The translations under genes were made by a program, and so were the position numbers. Shown piece after piece: positions 10,521-21,682 of a stretch of 64,000 bases of DNA (the first letter of the stretch is position 1; each line of letters opens with the position of its first letter). The stretch is taken from IMG/VR virus record IMGVR_UViG_3300025640_001000; one strand, given 5' to 3'. This stretch comes from a virus. Taxonomy: Duplodnaviria; Caudoviricetes. The notes below the pieces were generated by a model that made no database searches, was not told the DNA's origin, and saw only the letters and a program-made list of their open reading frames with translations.

Positions 10521-10886
10521 ATGGCAAATTTAGAACAAACAGAAGATTCTTTAGCATATTACCAAGGATGGTATGGAACATTATCTGAAAATGGTATAGA
10601 CGGATGTGAACCTTTAAAACTAGTGCTTGGTGACGGTCCTTATACAAAGGCTTATACTGAAATTTTGAATGTTATTGAAATTCGAGATGACAACAAAGCA
10701 CCAATAAGTTACAACGGAATTCTTCCAGATGTGTTGCTTGGAAATGCAACAATAAAAGAATTAAAATGTGGGCATTCTTATTTAATCGTATTAAAAAAAG
10801 GAACAGGTAGTGTAGATATTCCCGAATTCACGTTTGCAACCGCAGGAACCTCAAGTTATGAGTACAAACTTAGATCAACTATCTGA
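10521..10886 (+). CDS. stand-alone WYG module protein (121 aa)
   Basis: [33 protein letters not shown]; a single domain, near-duplicate of the next gene's N-terminus. Confidence 0.75.
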   Translation: MANLEQTEDSLAYYQGWYGTLSENGIDGCEPLKLVLGDGPYTKAYTEILNVIEIRDDNKAPISYNGILPDVLLGNATIKELKCGHSYLIVLKKGTGSVDIPEFTFATAGTSSYEYKLRSTI

Positions 10887-11171
10887 TTCTCTTGCATATT
10901 ATCAGGGGTGGTATGGAACTTGTCCTGAGAGTGGTTCTGATGTATGTGAACCTTTAAAACTAGTGCTTGGTGACGGTCCTTATACAAAGGCTTATACTGA
11001 AATTTTGAATGTTATTGAAATTCGAGATGACAACAAAGCACCAATAAGTTACAACGGAATTCTTCCAGATGTGTTGCTTGGAAATGCAACAATAAAAGAA
11101 TTAAAATGTGGGCATTCTTATTTAATCGTATTAAAAAAAGGAACAGGTAGTGTAGATATTCCCGAATTCAC
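10604..11171 (+). repeat. 228-bp perfect direct repeat (10604-10831 = 10944-11171)
   Basis: Base-by-base identity from ATGTGAACCTTTAAAAC to CCCGAATTCAC at an offset of 340 bp; flanks are diverged. Confidence 0.95.
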
Positions 11172-12147
11172 TTTTGCGAACGCAGGAACAAATGACGATT
11201 TGGAAAAAAATCGTTTAGCATTAAATTGCGAAGTAGATACAGGATGTCCTACTTGTGAAGATTATACAGGAAGTTCATCTACATTCAATATTGATTTAAA
11301 GAATTTACCAACAACTGCACAAGAAAGTGTACACGTCGTAGTTTATGATGCTTCTGTAGAAGGAACTTTATGTCATGCAGAAGTTGATTCCGGACTTCCA
11401 AAAACTTATTATATGTTCGTTGATTCTGCAACCGAACCATTTGCTTCTATTACAATCGCAGGTGAACTTAGAGGCACAAAGAAAATAAAATACACAATAA
11501 ATGACGATTGCTACGGAGCAGAACCCGAACAAGAAACTTACGCAGAAGGTGATATAAATGTTTATAGATTTAAATCAATAGGAACCGTGGTAGAACCAGT
11601 TCATACACCCACCGAGACACCTTCTCCTACCAATGTACCAACTCCAACAGAAACACCTTCTCCGAGTGAGACACCAAGCAATGTACCGACTCCAACGGAA
11701 ACACCTTCTCCGAGTGCTACACCATCGCATACACCTTCACATACACCCTCTCACACACCAAGTCCTACATTCACACCAAGTCCATCGGAAACTCCAAGTG
11801 CGACAATAACACCTGATATTATTGAACCTTGTTGCGATGCAGGAATGATAACTGGTATCGTTGGAAGTTCGGTGACAGAAATTTCAATGGAAATAACTGC
11901 TCAACCATTTGATTGTGATGGAACGATATGCTTAAACAGCAACATCACAAGTTCTATGCCAACGAGTGTACGAATAAATGTAAACGGAATTTACATGGGA
12001 GCATTGGGAGTACAAGGAACTTTAAACAACGGAACATCAGTAAAATTAACAATATCTTCCACGACAAATTCATCATTCAATAATTTTGTGGGAATATGCT
12101 TAACAGGAACAATTTCAGATAATATATGTAATTTAACGGAATCATAA
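10858..12147 (+). CDS. modular protein: WYG module, CC-type module, PT/PS linker, C-terminal CC module
   Basis: ATG 10858 ([20 protein letters not shown]) aligns with the start of 10521 and is preferred over TTG 10834. Also [13 protein letters not shown] and [21 protein letters not shown]. Confidence 0.8.
   Translation: MSTNLDQLSDSLAYYQGWYGTCPESGSDVCEPLKLVLGDGPYTKAYTEILNVIEIRDDNKAPISYNGILPDVLLGNATIKELKCGHSYLIVLKKGTGSVDIPEFTFANAGTNDDLEKNRLALNCEVDTGCPTCEDYTGSSSTFNIDLKNLPTTAQESVHVVVYDASVEGTLCHAEVDSGLPKTYYMFVDSATEPFASITIAGELRGTKKIKYTINDDCYGAEPEQETYAEGDINVYRFKSIGTVVEPVHTPTETPSPTNVPTPTETPSPSETPSNVPTPTETPSPSATPSHTPSHTPSHTPSPTFTPSPSETPSATITPDIIEPCCDAGMITGIVGSSVTEISMEITAQPFDCDGTICLNSNITSSMPTSVRINVNGIYMGALGVQGTLNNGTSVKLTISSTTNSSFNNFVGICLTGTISDNICNLTES
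11598..11813 (+). repeat. Pro/Thr/Ser linker with [12 protein letters not shown] and TPSH sub-repeats
   Basis: Seen in the translation. Confidence 0.85.
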
Positions 12148-12150
12148 GTC

Positions 12151-15100
12151 ATGGATACAATTCAACAATTAACAAACAACAAAAAAATAGCAATCGTATG
12201 GTATGGTGAATGCGGAGAGGACTGCGTTGATTATGATCTTGACGATTCTGCTAATGCCACAGAAACAAACAAAATAGATCACATCTACGAAATTGCAGAT
12301 GATCAAACCAAATCTATTTTTTATTCAAGTTATGTAGGTCATGTTCATAGCAACTCGGATCAAACATTAAATACACTTCAATGTGGTCATGCTTATTATC
12401 TTGTATTAAAAAAAGGTAGTGATACATTGGAAATTCCAAATATGACAATTGCTCATGCTGGAATTTCCGCAGGAAAGATTTCTCAATCTTGTGCAATTGC
12501 ACCTGAAATTGAATTTGTTGATTTAATTGCAAATATTCCGGCAGATTTGAAACTCAAAATTACAGTTAATATTGATGATCTTGTTGCTCCGTGTGCAGCC
12601 AATACATGGAAATACAAAATAATTAAAGGTGGTGAAAACGAAACTGATCCATACACCGAAATAATAGTTGATGATGTTGAAGGTGATAATACAACACCAG
12701 TTGGAGTTAATGTGGAAGAAATTTCAATTGCAATGCCTGAAGGTGGAATTTACTATAAAGTTGTTATTTGGGGTGAGAATGCAAACGGAGATAAAATCAC
12801 AGAAGAACCAGATCAAGAAAAAGTGGCATTGATGCCATGGCCGTCTGGATTATTTAGCATCGTTGGTACTGTAGGTGTAGATTATTTGGAATACGAAGGA
12901 CCATCTACAAGCAGTACAGAACTTACATTCAGTGGCCAAGATTCTTTGATTGATACTTTACATTTAATTAAACCAAGTTTGAAAGAAATACCTGGTGCAG
13001 ATACAAATGTTGTAAACTGGCAATACAAAATAAATGGTACAGGTGCTTGGGTTGATTACAATGATATTTCAAGTGACGGTCAAGTTGAAGTTCAGTATAC
13101 AGATAAAATTTACTGGAGATTAAAAGAAGATTTGTCAGCAGGAACTGAAGTTGATTTGTTCAAAAATTATCCTGCGACAATGGTTGTAAAATATGTTGAG
13201 AAAAACGGAACGACTTTATTCGTGGAAAAAGATTTAATTGGTGACGTACTCAATCGTAGAATTACAATTCGTGCTTTTCAAGATGACAGAAATTTTAATG
13301 CTTCATTGGATATTACTCGTTTGAATGTTAAACGATGGGATTACAAACTTGAAAAGTTAAATGATACTCAAACAGCTGTAGAAACAACGGTCAGAGATTT
13401 TTCAAGTATTATCGCAACTGGAGCAGAACGAGGAACTGAAACTGAAGATTCTACCATCAATATTCAAACTGCTATTGAAACTCATGGTGCAGGACATTAT
13501 CGTGTAACAGTTCAAGGTTATCATAAAACCGACAATGACATAGTTGTCACGGATGTTCCTGCAGTTGACGAAGCATTTTTTAATTATCCTGTCCCGACCT
13601 TTGCTATTTCTAGTACAGGTGCAGATGCAACTACAGTTGACGTATTTTATCGTGAGTACGAAGGTCCAAGTTCATCAGAACCTCTTGTGTTAACTGCACA
13701 AACAAATGTTGCTTCTGTTGAATTTACTTCTTTGACAAATGAAACTAGTTGGTTTTACGGAGTGGACACAACTGCAAATGCATCTCCACTTCCATTTAAT
13801 CCCACAAATATTGTTGTGACAGACAAAAACAAAATTAATTTTATATTAAAAGAAAATCAAAAAGCAACCGGAAGTGCTGATAAATCTTACGATTCAGATT
13901 TAAGATTTACAATTAAAGGAAAAGATACATTGCATCCAGCTGATCCGGGTACTACCTTGAATCCAGAATTAACAATCAAAGGTCATGTCAAAGAAAGAAT
14001 AACAAGCATAGATACATTGGTAATACAAAGTAATGATCCAAATGCAAATACAATTAATCTTCGTGCAACTTTTGATTTGACTGAGACAAATCGGTATACT
14101 TTTACGTGGAATAAAGATTCTGCATCGTTGTCCACAACAGATGCAGATACTGGAGCAACTTACAATTCCAACAATCTTACAAAAGATTTGTCGGTGGATT
14201 TAAATACTGATAACAGAGGTGAATACAAGTTTGAGTTGGTTGGTAAACATTCTGATGCTAGTAATAATGTGGTTCACGAAAGTGGGTGGATTGCTGGACA
14301 AGTTGCAGAATCAGATGAGAAATCAATTACCGTTTCTTATCCTGCTCCAACATTTGCAGTAACTTCCACAATTTCAGACGGATACAAAGAACGAGAAGAA
14401 TCAAGTAGAGCACCTTCTCCTACAGTGAAACTAATAACATTTCATTGGATGGATCATTCCGAGGATATTACTTTCACAGGACCATCAGATTCAATTTGGG
14501 AATACAAAAAAAGTGGTGATACGAATTACACTTCTGTTTCTGCTACTCCTGTTGTAGTTACCAAATCAGAAGAAATTGAAATTCGTGTAAAAGAAGGAAA
14601 ATTGGTAAGTGACAACGGAGATGAAATCTTAAATTGGTCAGCAACATCGTTAGATGGAACAAATCAAACTGCGACTACAACGATGACTGCGACAATGACG
14701 GAAGGTGAGGAATTACCTAAAGTTGCATGGATTGGGTTTTCCGGAGGAAATGCCAGTGGAGTGAAACAATACTCAGATTGGTATGAGTTGGAAACTGTGG
14801 AGACGGCAAAGGTTGTTCTTGACAATGAGTGGCCACCGGCCGCAACTGGTGGTCAAGGCGGTGCTATTGGTGTTGGTATAGATATAGATTTTACACCGTC
14901 TAATCCATTTGCTGGACAGACTCCTACACATAACATATTCAACAATACACCATTTACGTCAGATACACTCGCACCTTATGGATCAACTCCAAGTACAAGT
15001 CACCCATTTCATGGAAAAGCAATTAAAAGTGATGATAATGGGACTACACTTTATATTATGGTTGAAATGGATCACACTCAATTTAGGATTGCTTCCAGTG

Positions 15101-15573
15101 ATGCGTCCAGTTATGCATCCTCATTGAGTTCCTTCTGCACAGAAAATTCTGTGACTGAGTTGCCGTATATTGTAATAACTACAAATCCAACAAGACCAGA
15201 CAATGATGTGGTTTCAAAACCTTGGATTACACAGGCATTCGACTCGGATTCGTTTAGGATGAAGTGTGATGGAACTTGGAACTATGACGATTCAGACGCA
15301 GAACAATACAACTTAAAAATAGATGGTAAAAATGGATCAGGTGCAAATACAACATTTAGATATTCACCTTCTAGTCCATCTGGTCATGCTTCGGGTCCAT
15401 GGAATGGAATAGGAATGCAGTTCTTTTGTGCGGCTGGATTAACACCCCCCACATCGGGTGATTCCGCGGGTAGTATACCAATGTCTAATATAAAACTAGA
15501 GTTAGGAACAAATAATTCTGGTGTATATGCAAAACTTTCTGATGGAAACCCAACAGGTTCAATTTGTTCTTAA
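12151..15573 (+). CDS. modular fibre-like protein: WYG module, Ig-like stalk shared with 21683, C-terminal tip shared with 27629
   Basis: AIVWYGEC..LQCGHAYYLVLKKG; repeated Y(L/R)EYEGP and WQY motifs; [11 protein letters not shown]; tip WIGF..WYELE..DHTQF..RMKCDGTWN. Confidence 0.75.
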   Translation: MDTIQQLTNNKKIAIVWYGECGEDCVDYDLDDSANATETNKIDHIYEIADDQTKSIFYSSYVGHVHSNSDQTLNTLQCGHAYYLVLKKGSDTLEIPNMTIAHAGISAGKISQSCAIAPEIEFVDLIANIPADLKLKITVNIDDLVAPCAANTWKYKIIKGGENETDPYTEIIVDDVEGDNTTPVGVNVEEISIAMPEGGIYYKVVIWGENANGDKITEEPDQEKVALMPWPSGLFSIVGTVGVDYLEYEGPSTSSTELTFSGQDSLIDTLHLIKPSLKEIPGADTNVVNWQYKINGTGAWVDYNDISSDGQVEVQYTDKIYWRLKEDLSAGTEVDLFKNYPATMVVKYVEKNGTTLFVEKDLIGDVLNRRITIRAFQDDRNFNASLDITRLNVKRWDYKLEKLNDTQTAVETTVRDFSSIIATGAERGTETEDSTINIQTAIETHGAGHYRVTVQGYHKTDNDIVVTDVPAVDEAFFNYPVPTFAISSTGADATTVDVFYREYEGPSSSEPLVLTAQTNVASVEFTSLTNETSWFYGVDTTANASPLPFNPTNIVVTDKNKINFILKENQKATGSADKSYDSDLRFTIKGKDTLHPADPGTTLNPELTIKGHVKERITSIDTLVIQSNDPNANTINLRATFDLTETNRYTFTWNKDSASLSTTDADTGATYNSNNLTKDLSVDLNTDNRGEYKFELVGKHSDASNNVVHESGWIAGQVAESDEKSITVSYPAPTFAVTSTISDGYKEREESSRAPSPTVKLITFHWMDHSEDITFTGPSDSIWEYKKSGDTNYTSVSATPVVVTKSEEIEIRVKEGKLVSDNGDEILNWSATSLDGTNQTATTTMTATMTEGEELPKVAWIGFSGGNASGVKQYSDWYELETVETAKVVLDNEWPPAATGGQGGAIGVGIDIDFTPSNPFAGQTPTHNIFNNTPFTSDTLAPYGSTPSTSHPFHGKAIKSDDNGTTLYIMVEMDHTQFRIASSDASSYASSLSSFCTENSVTELPYIVITTNPTRPDNDVVSKPWITQAFDSDSFRMKCDGTWNYDDSDAEQYNLKIDGKNGSGANTTFRYSPSSPSGHASGPWNGIGMQFFCAAGLTPPTSGDSAGSIPMSNIKLELGTNNSGVYAKLSDGNPTGSICS

Positions 15574-15589
15574 AAAGTGAGTATGTATC

Positions 15590-18500
15590 GTGAATTTTTG
15601 TTGCCATGATGATTATACCAAGGCAGGAGTATTTTCGGCCGATCATAAAAATATTTACATTGCTTGGCAAGCTTGGCTAGGTACGTTTGAAACACAATCG
15701 GATTTCACAACATTAACAGATTTCCAATCATATTTTGATACACTTGTATCTCAGGGTCAAGTAAATGCTTTAATTAATCCAATTGCAATTTTACCTGACC
15801 ATCCAAGTATAGGAGTAGATTGTGCTGATTTTACGGAACAAGGCTCAATTGCCGCTGACGACAAAAATATATTCATAGCATTTCAGGCATGGTTAGGTAC
15901 GTTTGAGCAAGGTGAGGCACTTGGCACATTATCTGATTTTCAATCTTATTTTGATAATCTCGTATCTCAGGGTCAGGTAAATGCCTTGGTGAATCCTGTT
16001 AAACACCTTCCATCTCTTGAATCAGATGACCAGGTAATTACCGATGGTGGACTTGTAGACAAAAATTGTGGAGAACCACAACCGTGGGATACCGCAGGAA
16101 ACGCAGATCAAGATGGTCTTATTGTCATCACAACAAATTTGTCGGAAACCCTTACCACAAATACCGATGCAGGTGATACAACAACAGGTTCAACTATAGT
16201 AGAATGTGAATATGTTCCGTTTACATCTACAGGTGCTGATCAAGAATATATTGTACCAGAAAATGTAACTTCTATATTTGCTCATGTATGGGGAGCAGGT
16301 GGATCATCTGGTAGATACACCAACACCGCAGGTTCAGGTGGTTATGCAGAAGGTCAGTTTGCAGTAACACCTGGTGAGAAATTAATATTTGGAGTAGGTG
16401 AAACCACAAAAGGAACAACCAATGATACCAAACGAATACCAGGTTATAGTATCGGAGGATCAGCAGGTTACGGAGGAAATGGAGCATACGACCCACCACC
16501 TGGATCATTTCCTGCTACATTCTTTCCGTCATCAGATGGATTATCGGGTGCAGGTGCTGGAGGAGGAATGAGTGGAATTTTTCGTGAATCAATTACACCA
16601 GAAAATGCTTTGATTATAGCAGGTGGAGGAGGTGGAGCTGCGAATGTAACTTATCCTGGTGTTGGAGGTGGAGCAGGTGGTGGAAAAAACGGAGATGCCG
16701 GTTCTGTTCTTCCAGGTGATAAAAAAGGAGGTGCAGGAGCAACACAATTGTCTGGTGGTGACGGTCATTTTCTTGGAAGTGACGGTGAAACAAATTCATG
16801 GGCAAGTGGTGGTGGAGGAGGAGCAGGTTGGTTTGGTGGCACAGGAGGTCAAACAACAAGTGCAACATGGACGAACGAATCTTTACTTGAATCTGCACAA
16901 GGAACTGGTGGAGGTGGATCGGGACATCTAGATAATGTAATTGTATCAGGATCATTTTCAACGGGTACAACTGGGAGAAAAGGTGAAACTACAATAATCA
17001 AATCTCCAAAACCAAGCATGATAAATTGTGCAGATGATACGGTTGTAACTTGTACACCTGATTTTATATGCATTGAAGAACCTGGAAATGGTTCTGATAT
17101 TCCACCGAATTTAGCAGGTATGGCGGGAACATATAAATTAAGAAAACCGGGTACAGACTCAGTTTTAACGGGTAATTCATATCCAGATAAGTGGATTGGT
17201 TACAACAATACGTGGATCAGAACGACCACCTATTTAGGTAATAAAAAACCAAGTTCAAGTTATGGCATTTTGACACGACAGAATGACGCATGGGGAGGTC
17301 AATATTGGATATATTATGCAAGTGTGGTTGGATATTTTGATATGCATGGTCACGCAATAAATCCGGCGCAATATACTGTCCCCGTGGAGACCCGCACCAC
17401 CCACTTCAATATTCCAAAAATATTTGATTCGGAAAACACTGAAACAACGTGTATTACGAAAGCAACATCTATATTGTTTGGAAATAATCCATTCCGCGTG
17501 GGTTATAACAAAAAAATACCCATCATTGTTACTCCAACTGAATGTCCACCTGTTGAATGTACATTTGAAATTAGCAACATTACGGATACAGAACCAACAG
17601 GAACAGAAAACACAATCGGAACTTTTGATTTAACGATAAATTTAAGTAGTTTGTATGATTATGGAACCAGTGGTTATGTTCGTGCAATGGAAGCAGAATT
17701 TAGTGGAATAGAATTAGCAAAGAATAATGCCATAGTAGCAACAACCTTTGATTTATATAAAAACGATTCTTCAAAAACAAATGAAGAACAAGAAATGTGG
17801 ACGGAACTTAGCAATAAAACTCAAACTATTTTATCAAACATTGGTGAAATTACTGAATCACGAAACAAAATAATGTTTGCGGATTTATTGCAGAATCAAG
17901 GATTTAGATTAGCAGCTTATGTAAACACAACTATTACATTTACAATTTCATATACTCAAAAAACCACCGACTATTTTTATGTAAGTTCTGCGGAATTTTA
18001 TGATTCGTCAACGGATATAAATCAGTTTCATGGAATAATATGTACACCCAACACACCAACTCCGTCACCGACAATTACTCCATCACCTACAGTTTCACCA
18101 ACGGTAACCGCATCACCAACGGTAACTCCGTCTCCAACTATTTGTTTTGAAGATGCGTTTTGTATTGTAGAATCTGCTGATTTATACGGACTTCATGCAA
18201 ATTACGAATTAGTTGAAGAAGAAAGTGATGAAAATGGTGCGACTTACATAGCAGTAAATGCAGATATAGCATTTGATGCTGATATTCATGTGCCTATAAA
18301 AATTAAACAAATAGGTGGTTACTCTTCGAATGTTTGGCAGATTCAAACAGATGATCCTACTAAAGAACCATGGCCAATCAAAAATTTGTTTAAACCTATG
18401 TTAAATCAAGACTTGCATTTCTTAGATAAAAACAGAAATCATGTGCATTGTATGAGTCAAGTTAGTTACATTGATTTTGCTGATGCAGGTATTACATCAC

Positions 18501-21500
18501 ACGGATCAACTAATAATCTAATAAGAACTGGTGTACGAGAATGGGACGCAGAATCAACTACCAGTGCATTTACTCGTTATATAATTACACAAAACTTTGA
18601 ATTGTATGTGGCAGGTACCAGTAACATAGGTTCGGGTCATTATTATAATTCATCATATTCATACTCAGATACCAATCCGTATTACTTAAGAGGTTGTAAT
18701 CCACTTGGAATTGATTATACTGAAATTTCTGAACGACGTTCTGTATTTTTACCAGATGGTTATTGGCATGAAGGTGTAGTTTACAGAAGTTTTGAACATG
18801 ATTTTGATTTTTATCAAAAACTTCCGATAGAAAATGTTCAAAAAGTAAGAACCAGTGATCATAACTTTGGTTTGTTAATTCAAACACAGACAGGTGAAGT
18901 TTATGGTACAGGTCACTTCAAAAAGAGTTTAACTGAAAATATTTCACGTATTCAGGAACTAGATGGAATTGATATTGATGAATTGGTTACGGTGGACACT
19001 GTATATTGTGAAAATGATGCAGTTAACTCAGACGAACCAATTTTAAACTTTGCATTTGCGTATATTGATAAAGCAGATGAGTCAAAGTTAGTTTATTATG
19101 TACCTACATTTACTGAACTTTCATGGAGTGAATTTTTGCAGACAGGTGCTTTTACAGACATTCAACTGAATTATCCTTATGTAACTGGTTATACAAAAAT
19201 CACAACTTCTAATTTAACTAATGTTAAAAGTATTATTCCGTTTAAAGATACTGGATTTTTCTGTGTACAGACCAACGATGATAAATTATGGACACACGGT
19301 GTGGTAAAAGAAATGCAGATTCCAAGTGGTTCTGAAGTAGTTAGTTATCTAGGAGTGGGTGGTGGCACCCGTGACTACAATGTTTCATTCATTGATTATA
19401 CGAACGCATTTGATGATCAAAACCAAGTGTTTACAGAAGTTCAAAATATACCAACTATATTATATACCACAACAGACGAACACGGATTAAGAAGTCCTGT
19501 GTTGTCGTATATGATTCAACTATCCGACAAAAATGTGGATGTTTCACTAAGTGAGTTCTTGCCATATTATTTGAGTGATACCACCAATTTGAAATTGATC
19601 AAATCGGGAGTGGATTATGATGAAGTTACTGGACACGAAACGACAAAAATGTTTAGAGTATTATATGCTTCACAAAATTCAAACTGGGAATTAGATACAC
19701 ATCATATGCGAAGTCAGTTTGCAGTTGCATACAACGAAGACAAACTAACATTTGGTTATTTGACAATAACTGACAAAATAAACTTTAATCATAATCTTGA
19801 TTCTACATTGTTGGAGAATTTATTCACAGATGCCAATGACGCATATAATGTAAGCAATCCAACTGAATTTTACAATAAAATAAAAAAGATTACATTTGCA
19901 ACTTATCCATTTTCAAATGGAGAAAAAATAACAAGACAATCAGATGGTGAACTTGTGGTTCCTGTGACTCGTACACACAAGCATATTGTGTCGGTATTGT
20001 TTAATGAAAATCAATACAACAAACGATTGGCAGTAGATGCGTTGATATCATATCATTGGAGTTTTCTTTACTTAGGTAGTTCATATTCATCAGCTGAATT
20101 GGAATTACAACAAGAGCAACACAATTATGAAATTTCAATTTATAATTTTAGTCAAGATTACTTTTATGCAGAAGGAACAGGAAGTTTAGTTGATGATATA
20201 TCAACATTTGGTTATCAATTAAACACTTCAATTGAAAATAACTATCGATATTATGAAGCAGACGGATTCAATGGTGATCACATTCATGATCGTGGTGATA
20301 TAGTTAAATTTGGTCTTGGAACTGAGATAAGTGTCGTGGATGATTGTACATTCGAACCACCCACACCAACTCCTTCAAGAACCACTTCATATACTCCAAC
20401 ACCGTCAATAACTCCGTCACCAACTATCACTTGTGGAGAACCGGATTACACTAATGTAGAAAATACTTTTGTATGCGTTAATGGGATGACATTACAATTT
20501 GTTGGATTTGATAAATTAGAATCACAAGGAGGAAGACCAATTTATGAAACACCAAGTGGTAATGCTAGAATTTATTGGGGTGGTTACCAAGGATGGATTT
20601 TAATAGTATGTAATAATCCTGACGAACCACTTCGGGACGATTGCTACAGTGAATGGACTCACTCTATTCCAAATGCGTGTGATTTTTATCCGTGGGAAGC
20701 AGATTGGTCCGTAACTCAATATGATACACGCATTCAGCATTTAGTGGATGATAGAGGGGGTCAAGGTGATAATGATACAAGATATTTTGATTATTGGTAC
20801 GCAGGAAGTCCAGTTGGTGGAGAAAGTGACTGGTACGGGTCAGTTGATGTCAAAAATTGTACACCATGTGATGCTTGTTTAATAGAACCAAATCAATATA
20901 GTTTGACTGAATTAGGATTACCCGCAGTAAATTCTTTAAGTGCAGAATGGTATCGTGATTTTGGTGGATCATTGTGTTACGGATTGATACATTACACACA
21001 AAATGAAAACTTTCAAATATTCAAAACATACATTGCTTACATTGAAAATGATGCATCACCAATCGGAACAATTACAATTACAGGTGAGTTCATCGGTTCT
21101 GATTTAATAACTTATCAGTCACCTTTAAATGAATGTTATATTGCAACACCTACCATTGAAGGATCACAAAATGTTTATAGATTTATCAAAGAAGAAGCAA
21201 CACCGACACCATCCGACACAAGTTCACCTACACATACACCGTCTCCTACATTTACACCGTCTCCGTCACCTACCATAACACCAAGTCCATCACCGAGTCC
21301 GTCTGTAACGCACACACCAAGTCCAACTGAAACACCTGAATCCGAGTTATCTTGTTGCACAGAAGGTTTGATTGCAAACATAATTTCTAAAAACACAGAA
21401 ATAGAATTTGGTTCACCGACAATAACTGCAACTGCGTTTACTTTCAATGCGGAAGTTTGTGTAGATGTGCCTGATGGAGGATTGCCATATAGTGTAAAAC

Positions 21501-21643
21501 TTAAACTGAATAATGCTATCGTTGGAGTGCTAACCACAACTGGAGTTATGACAGGAACAATTTATGTAAAAAACACAGACACAGAAGTTTGTTACACAGG
21601 AACAATTGTAAATGATGAATGTTCACTAACTATTTTACAATAA
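15590..21643 (+). CDS. 2017-aa modular protein: duplicated dockerin-like N-terminus, Gly-rich (ALK/LTK-type) domain, cohesin-like domain, RCC1-like region, PT linkers, 2x CC module
   Basis: GTG start. CHDDYTKAGVFSADHKNIYIAWQAWLG / CADFTEQGSIAADDKNIFIAFQAWLG; FTSTGADQEYIVP..VWGAGG..GGYAEG..VTPGE; GYVRAMEAEFSGIEL; IQTQTGEVYGTG; SCCTEG..CYTGTIVNDECSL. Confidence 0.75.
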   Translation: MNFCCHDDYTKAGVFSADHKNIYIAWQAWLGTFETQSDFTTLTDFQSYFDTLVSQGQVNALINPIAILPDHPSIGVDCADFTEQGSIAADDKNIFIAFQAWLGTFEQGEALGTLSDFQSYFDNLVSQGQVNALVNPVKHLPSLESDDQVITDGGLVDKNCGEPQPWDTAGNADQDGLIVITTNLSETLTTNTDAGDTTTGSTIVECEYVPFTSTGADQEYIVPENVTSIFAHVWGAGGSSGRYTNTAGSGGYAEGQFAVTPGEKLIFGVGETTKGTTNDTKRIPGYSIGGSAGYGGNGAYDPPPGSFPATFFPSSDGLSGAGAGGGMSGIFRESITPENALIIAGGGGGAANVTYPGVGGGAGGGKNGDAGSVLPGDKKGGAGATQLSGGDGHFLGSDGETNSWASGGGGGAGWFGGTGGQTTSATWTNESLLESAQGTGGGGSGHLDNVIVSGSFSTGTTGRKGETTIIKSPKPSMINCADDTVVTCTPDFICIEEPGNGSDIPPNLAGMAGTYKLRKPGTDSVLTGNSYPDKWIGYNNTWIRTTTYLGNKKPSSSYGILTRQNDAWGGQYWIYYASVVGYFDMHGHAINPAQYTVPVETRTTHFNIPKIFDSENTETTCITKATSILFGNNPFRVGYNKKIPIIVTPTECPPVECTFEISNITDTEPTGTENTIGTFDLTINLSSLYDYGTSGYVRAMEAEFSGIELAKNNAIVATTFDLYKNDSSKTNEEQEMWTELSNKTQTILSNIGEITESRNKIMFADLLQNQGFRLAAYVNTTITFTISYTQKTTDYFYVSSAEFYDSSTDINQFHGIICTPNTPTPSPTITPSPTVSPTVTASPTVTPSPTICFEDAFCIVESADLYGLHANYELVEEESDENGATYIAVNADIAFDADIHVPIKIKQIGGYSSNVWQIQTDDPTKEPWPIKNLFKPMLNQDLHFLDKNRNHVHCMSQVSYIDFADAGITSHGSTNNLIRTGVREWDAESTTSAFTRYIITQNFELYVAGTSNIGSGHYYNSSYSYSDTNPYYLRGCNPLGIDYTEISERRSVFLPDGYWHEGVVYRSFEHDFDFYQKLPIENVQKVRTSDHNFGLLIQTQTGEVYGTGHFKKSLTENISRIQELDGIDIDELVTVDTVYCENDAVNSDEPILNFAFAYIDKADESKLVYYVPTFTELSWSEFLQTGAFTDIQLNYPYVTGYTKITTSNLTNVKSIIPFKDTGFFCVQTNDDKLWTHGVVKEMQIPSGSEVVSYLGVGGGTRDYNVSFIDYTNAFDDQNQVFTEVQNIPTILYTTTDEHGLRSPVLSYMIQLSDKNVDVSLSEFLPYYLSDTTNLKLIKSGVDYDEVTGHETTKMFRVLYASQNSNWELDTHHMRSQFAVAYNEDKLTFGYLTITDKINFNHNLDSTLLENLFTDANDAYNVSNPTEFYNKIKKITFATYPFSNGEKITRQSDGELVVPVTRTHKHIVSVLFNENQYNKRLAVDALISYHWSFLYLGSSYSSAELELQQEQHNYEISIYNFSQDYFYAEGTGSLVDDISTFGYQLNTSIENNYRYYEADGFNGDHIHDRGDIVKFGLGTEISVVDDCTFEPPTPTPSRTTSYTPTPSITPSPTITCGEPDYTNVENTFVCVNGMTLQFVGFDKLESQGGRPIYETPSGNARIYWGGYQGWILIVCNNPDEPLRDDCYSEWTHSIPNACDFYPWEADWSVTQYDTRIQHLVDDRGGQGDNDTRYFDYWYAGSPVGGESDWYGSVDVKNCTPCDACLIEPNQYSLTELGLPAVNSLSAEWYRDFGGSLCYGLIHYTQNENFQIFKTYIAYIENDASPIGTITITGEFIGSDLITYQSPLNECYIATPTIEGSQNVYRFIKEEATPTPSDTSSPTHTPSPTFTPSPSPTITPSPSPSPSVTHTPSPTETPESELSCCTEGLIANIISKNTEIEFGSPTITATAFTFNAEVCVDVPDGGLPYSVKLKLNNAIVGVLTTTGVMTGTIYVKNTDTEVCYTGTIVNDECSLTILQ

Positions 21644-21657
21644 CTTTAAATAACCTA

Positions 21658-21666
21658 ATATTTATA
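21658..21666 (+). promoter_or_regulatory. putative late-promoter motif ATATTTATA
   Basis: Sits in the 39-nt gap before ATG 21683. Confidence 0.45.
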
Positions 21667-21682
21667 TACTAACGAATTTCAA

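Noticed and set aside
10791-10886. Programmed frameshift fusing 10521 to 10858 at TTAAAAAAAG
   Set aside because: Fusion needs a +1 shift, and that frame has a TAG at 10813 just after the A-run. 10858 has its own ATG aligned with the paralogue's start.
10604-11171. Diversity-generating retroelement TR/VR pair
   Set aside because: The copies are identical with no adenine-specific mismatches, and no reverse transcriptase is in the window.
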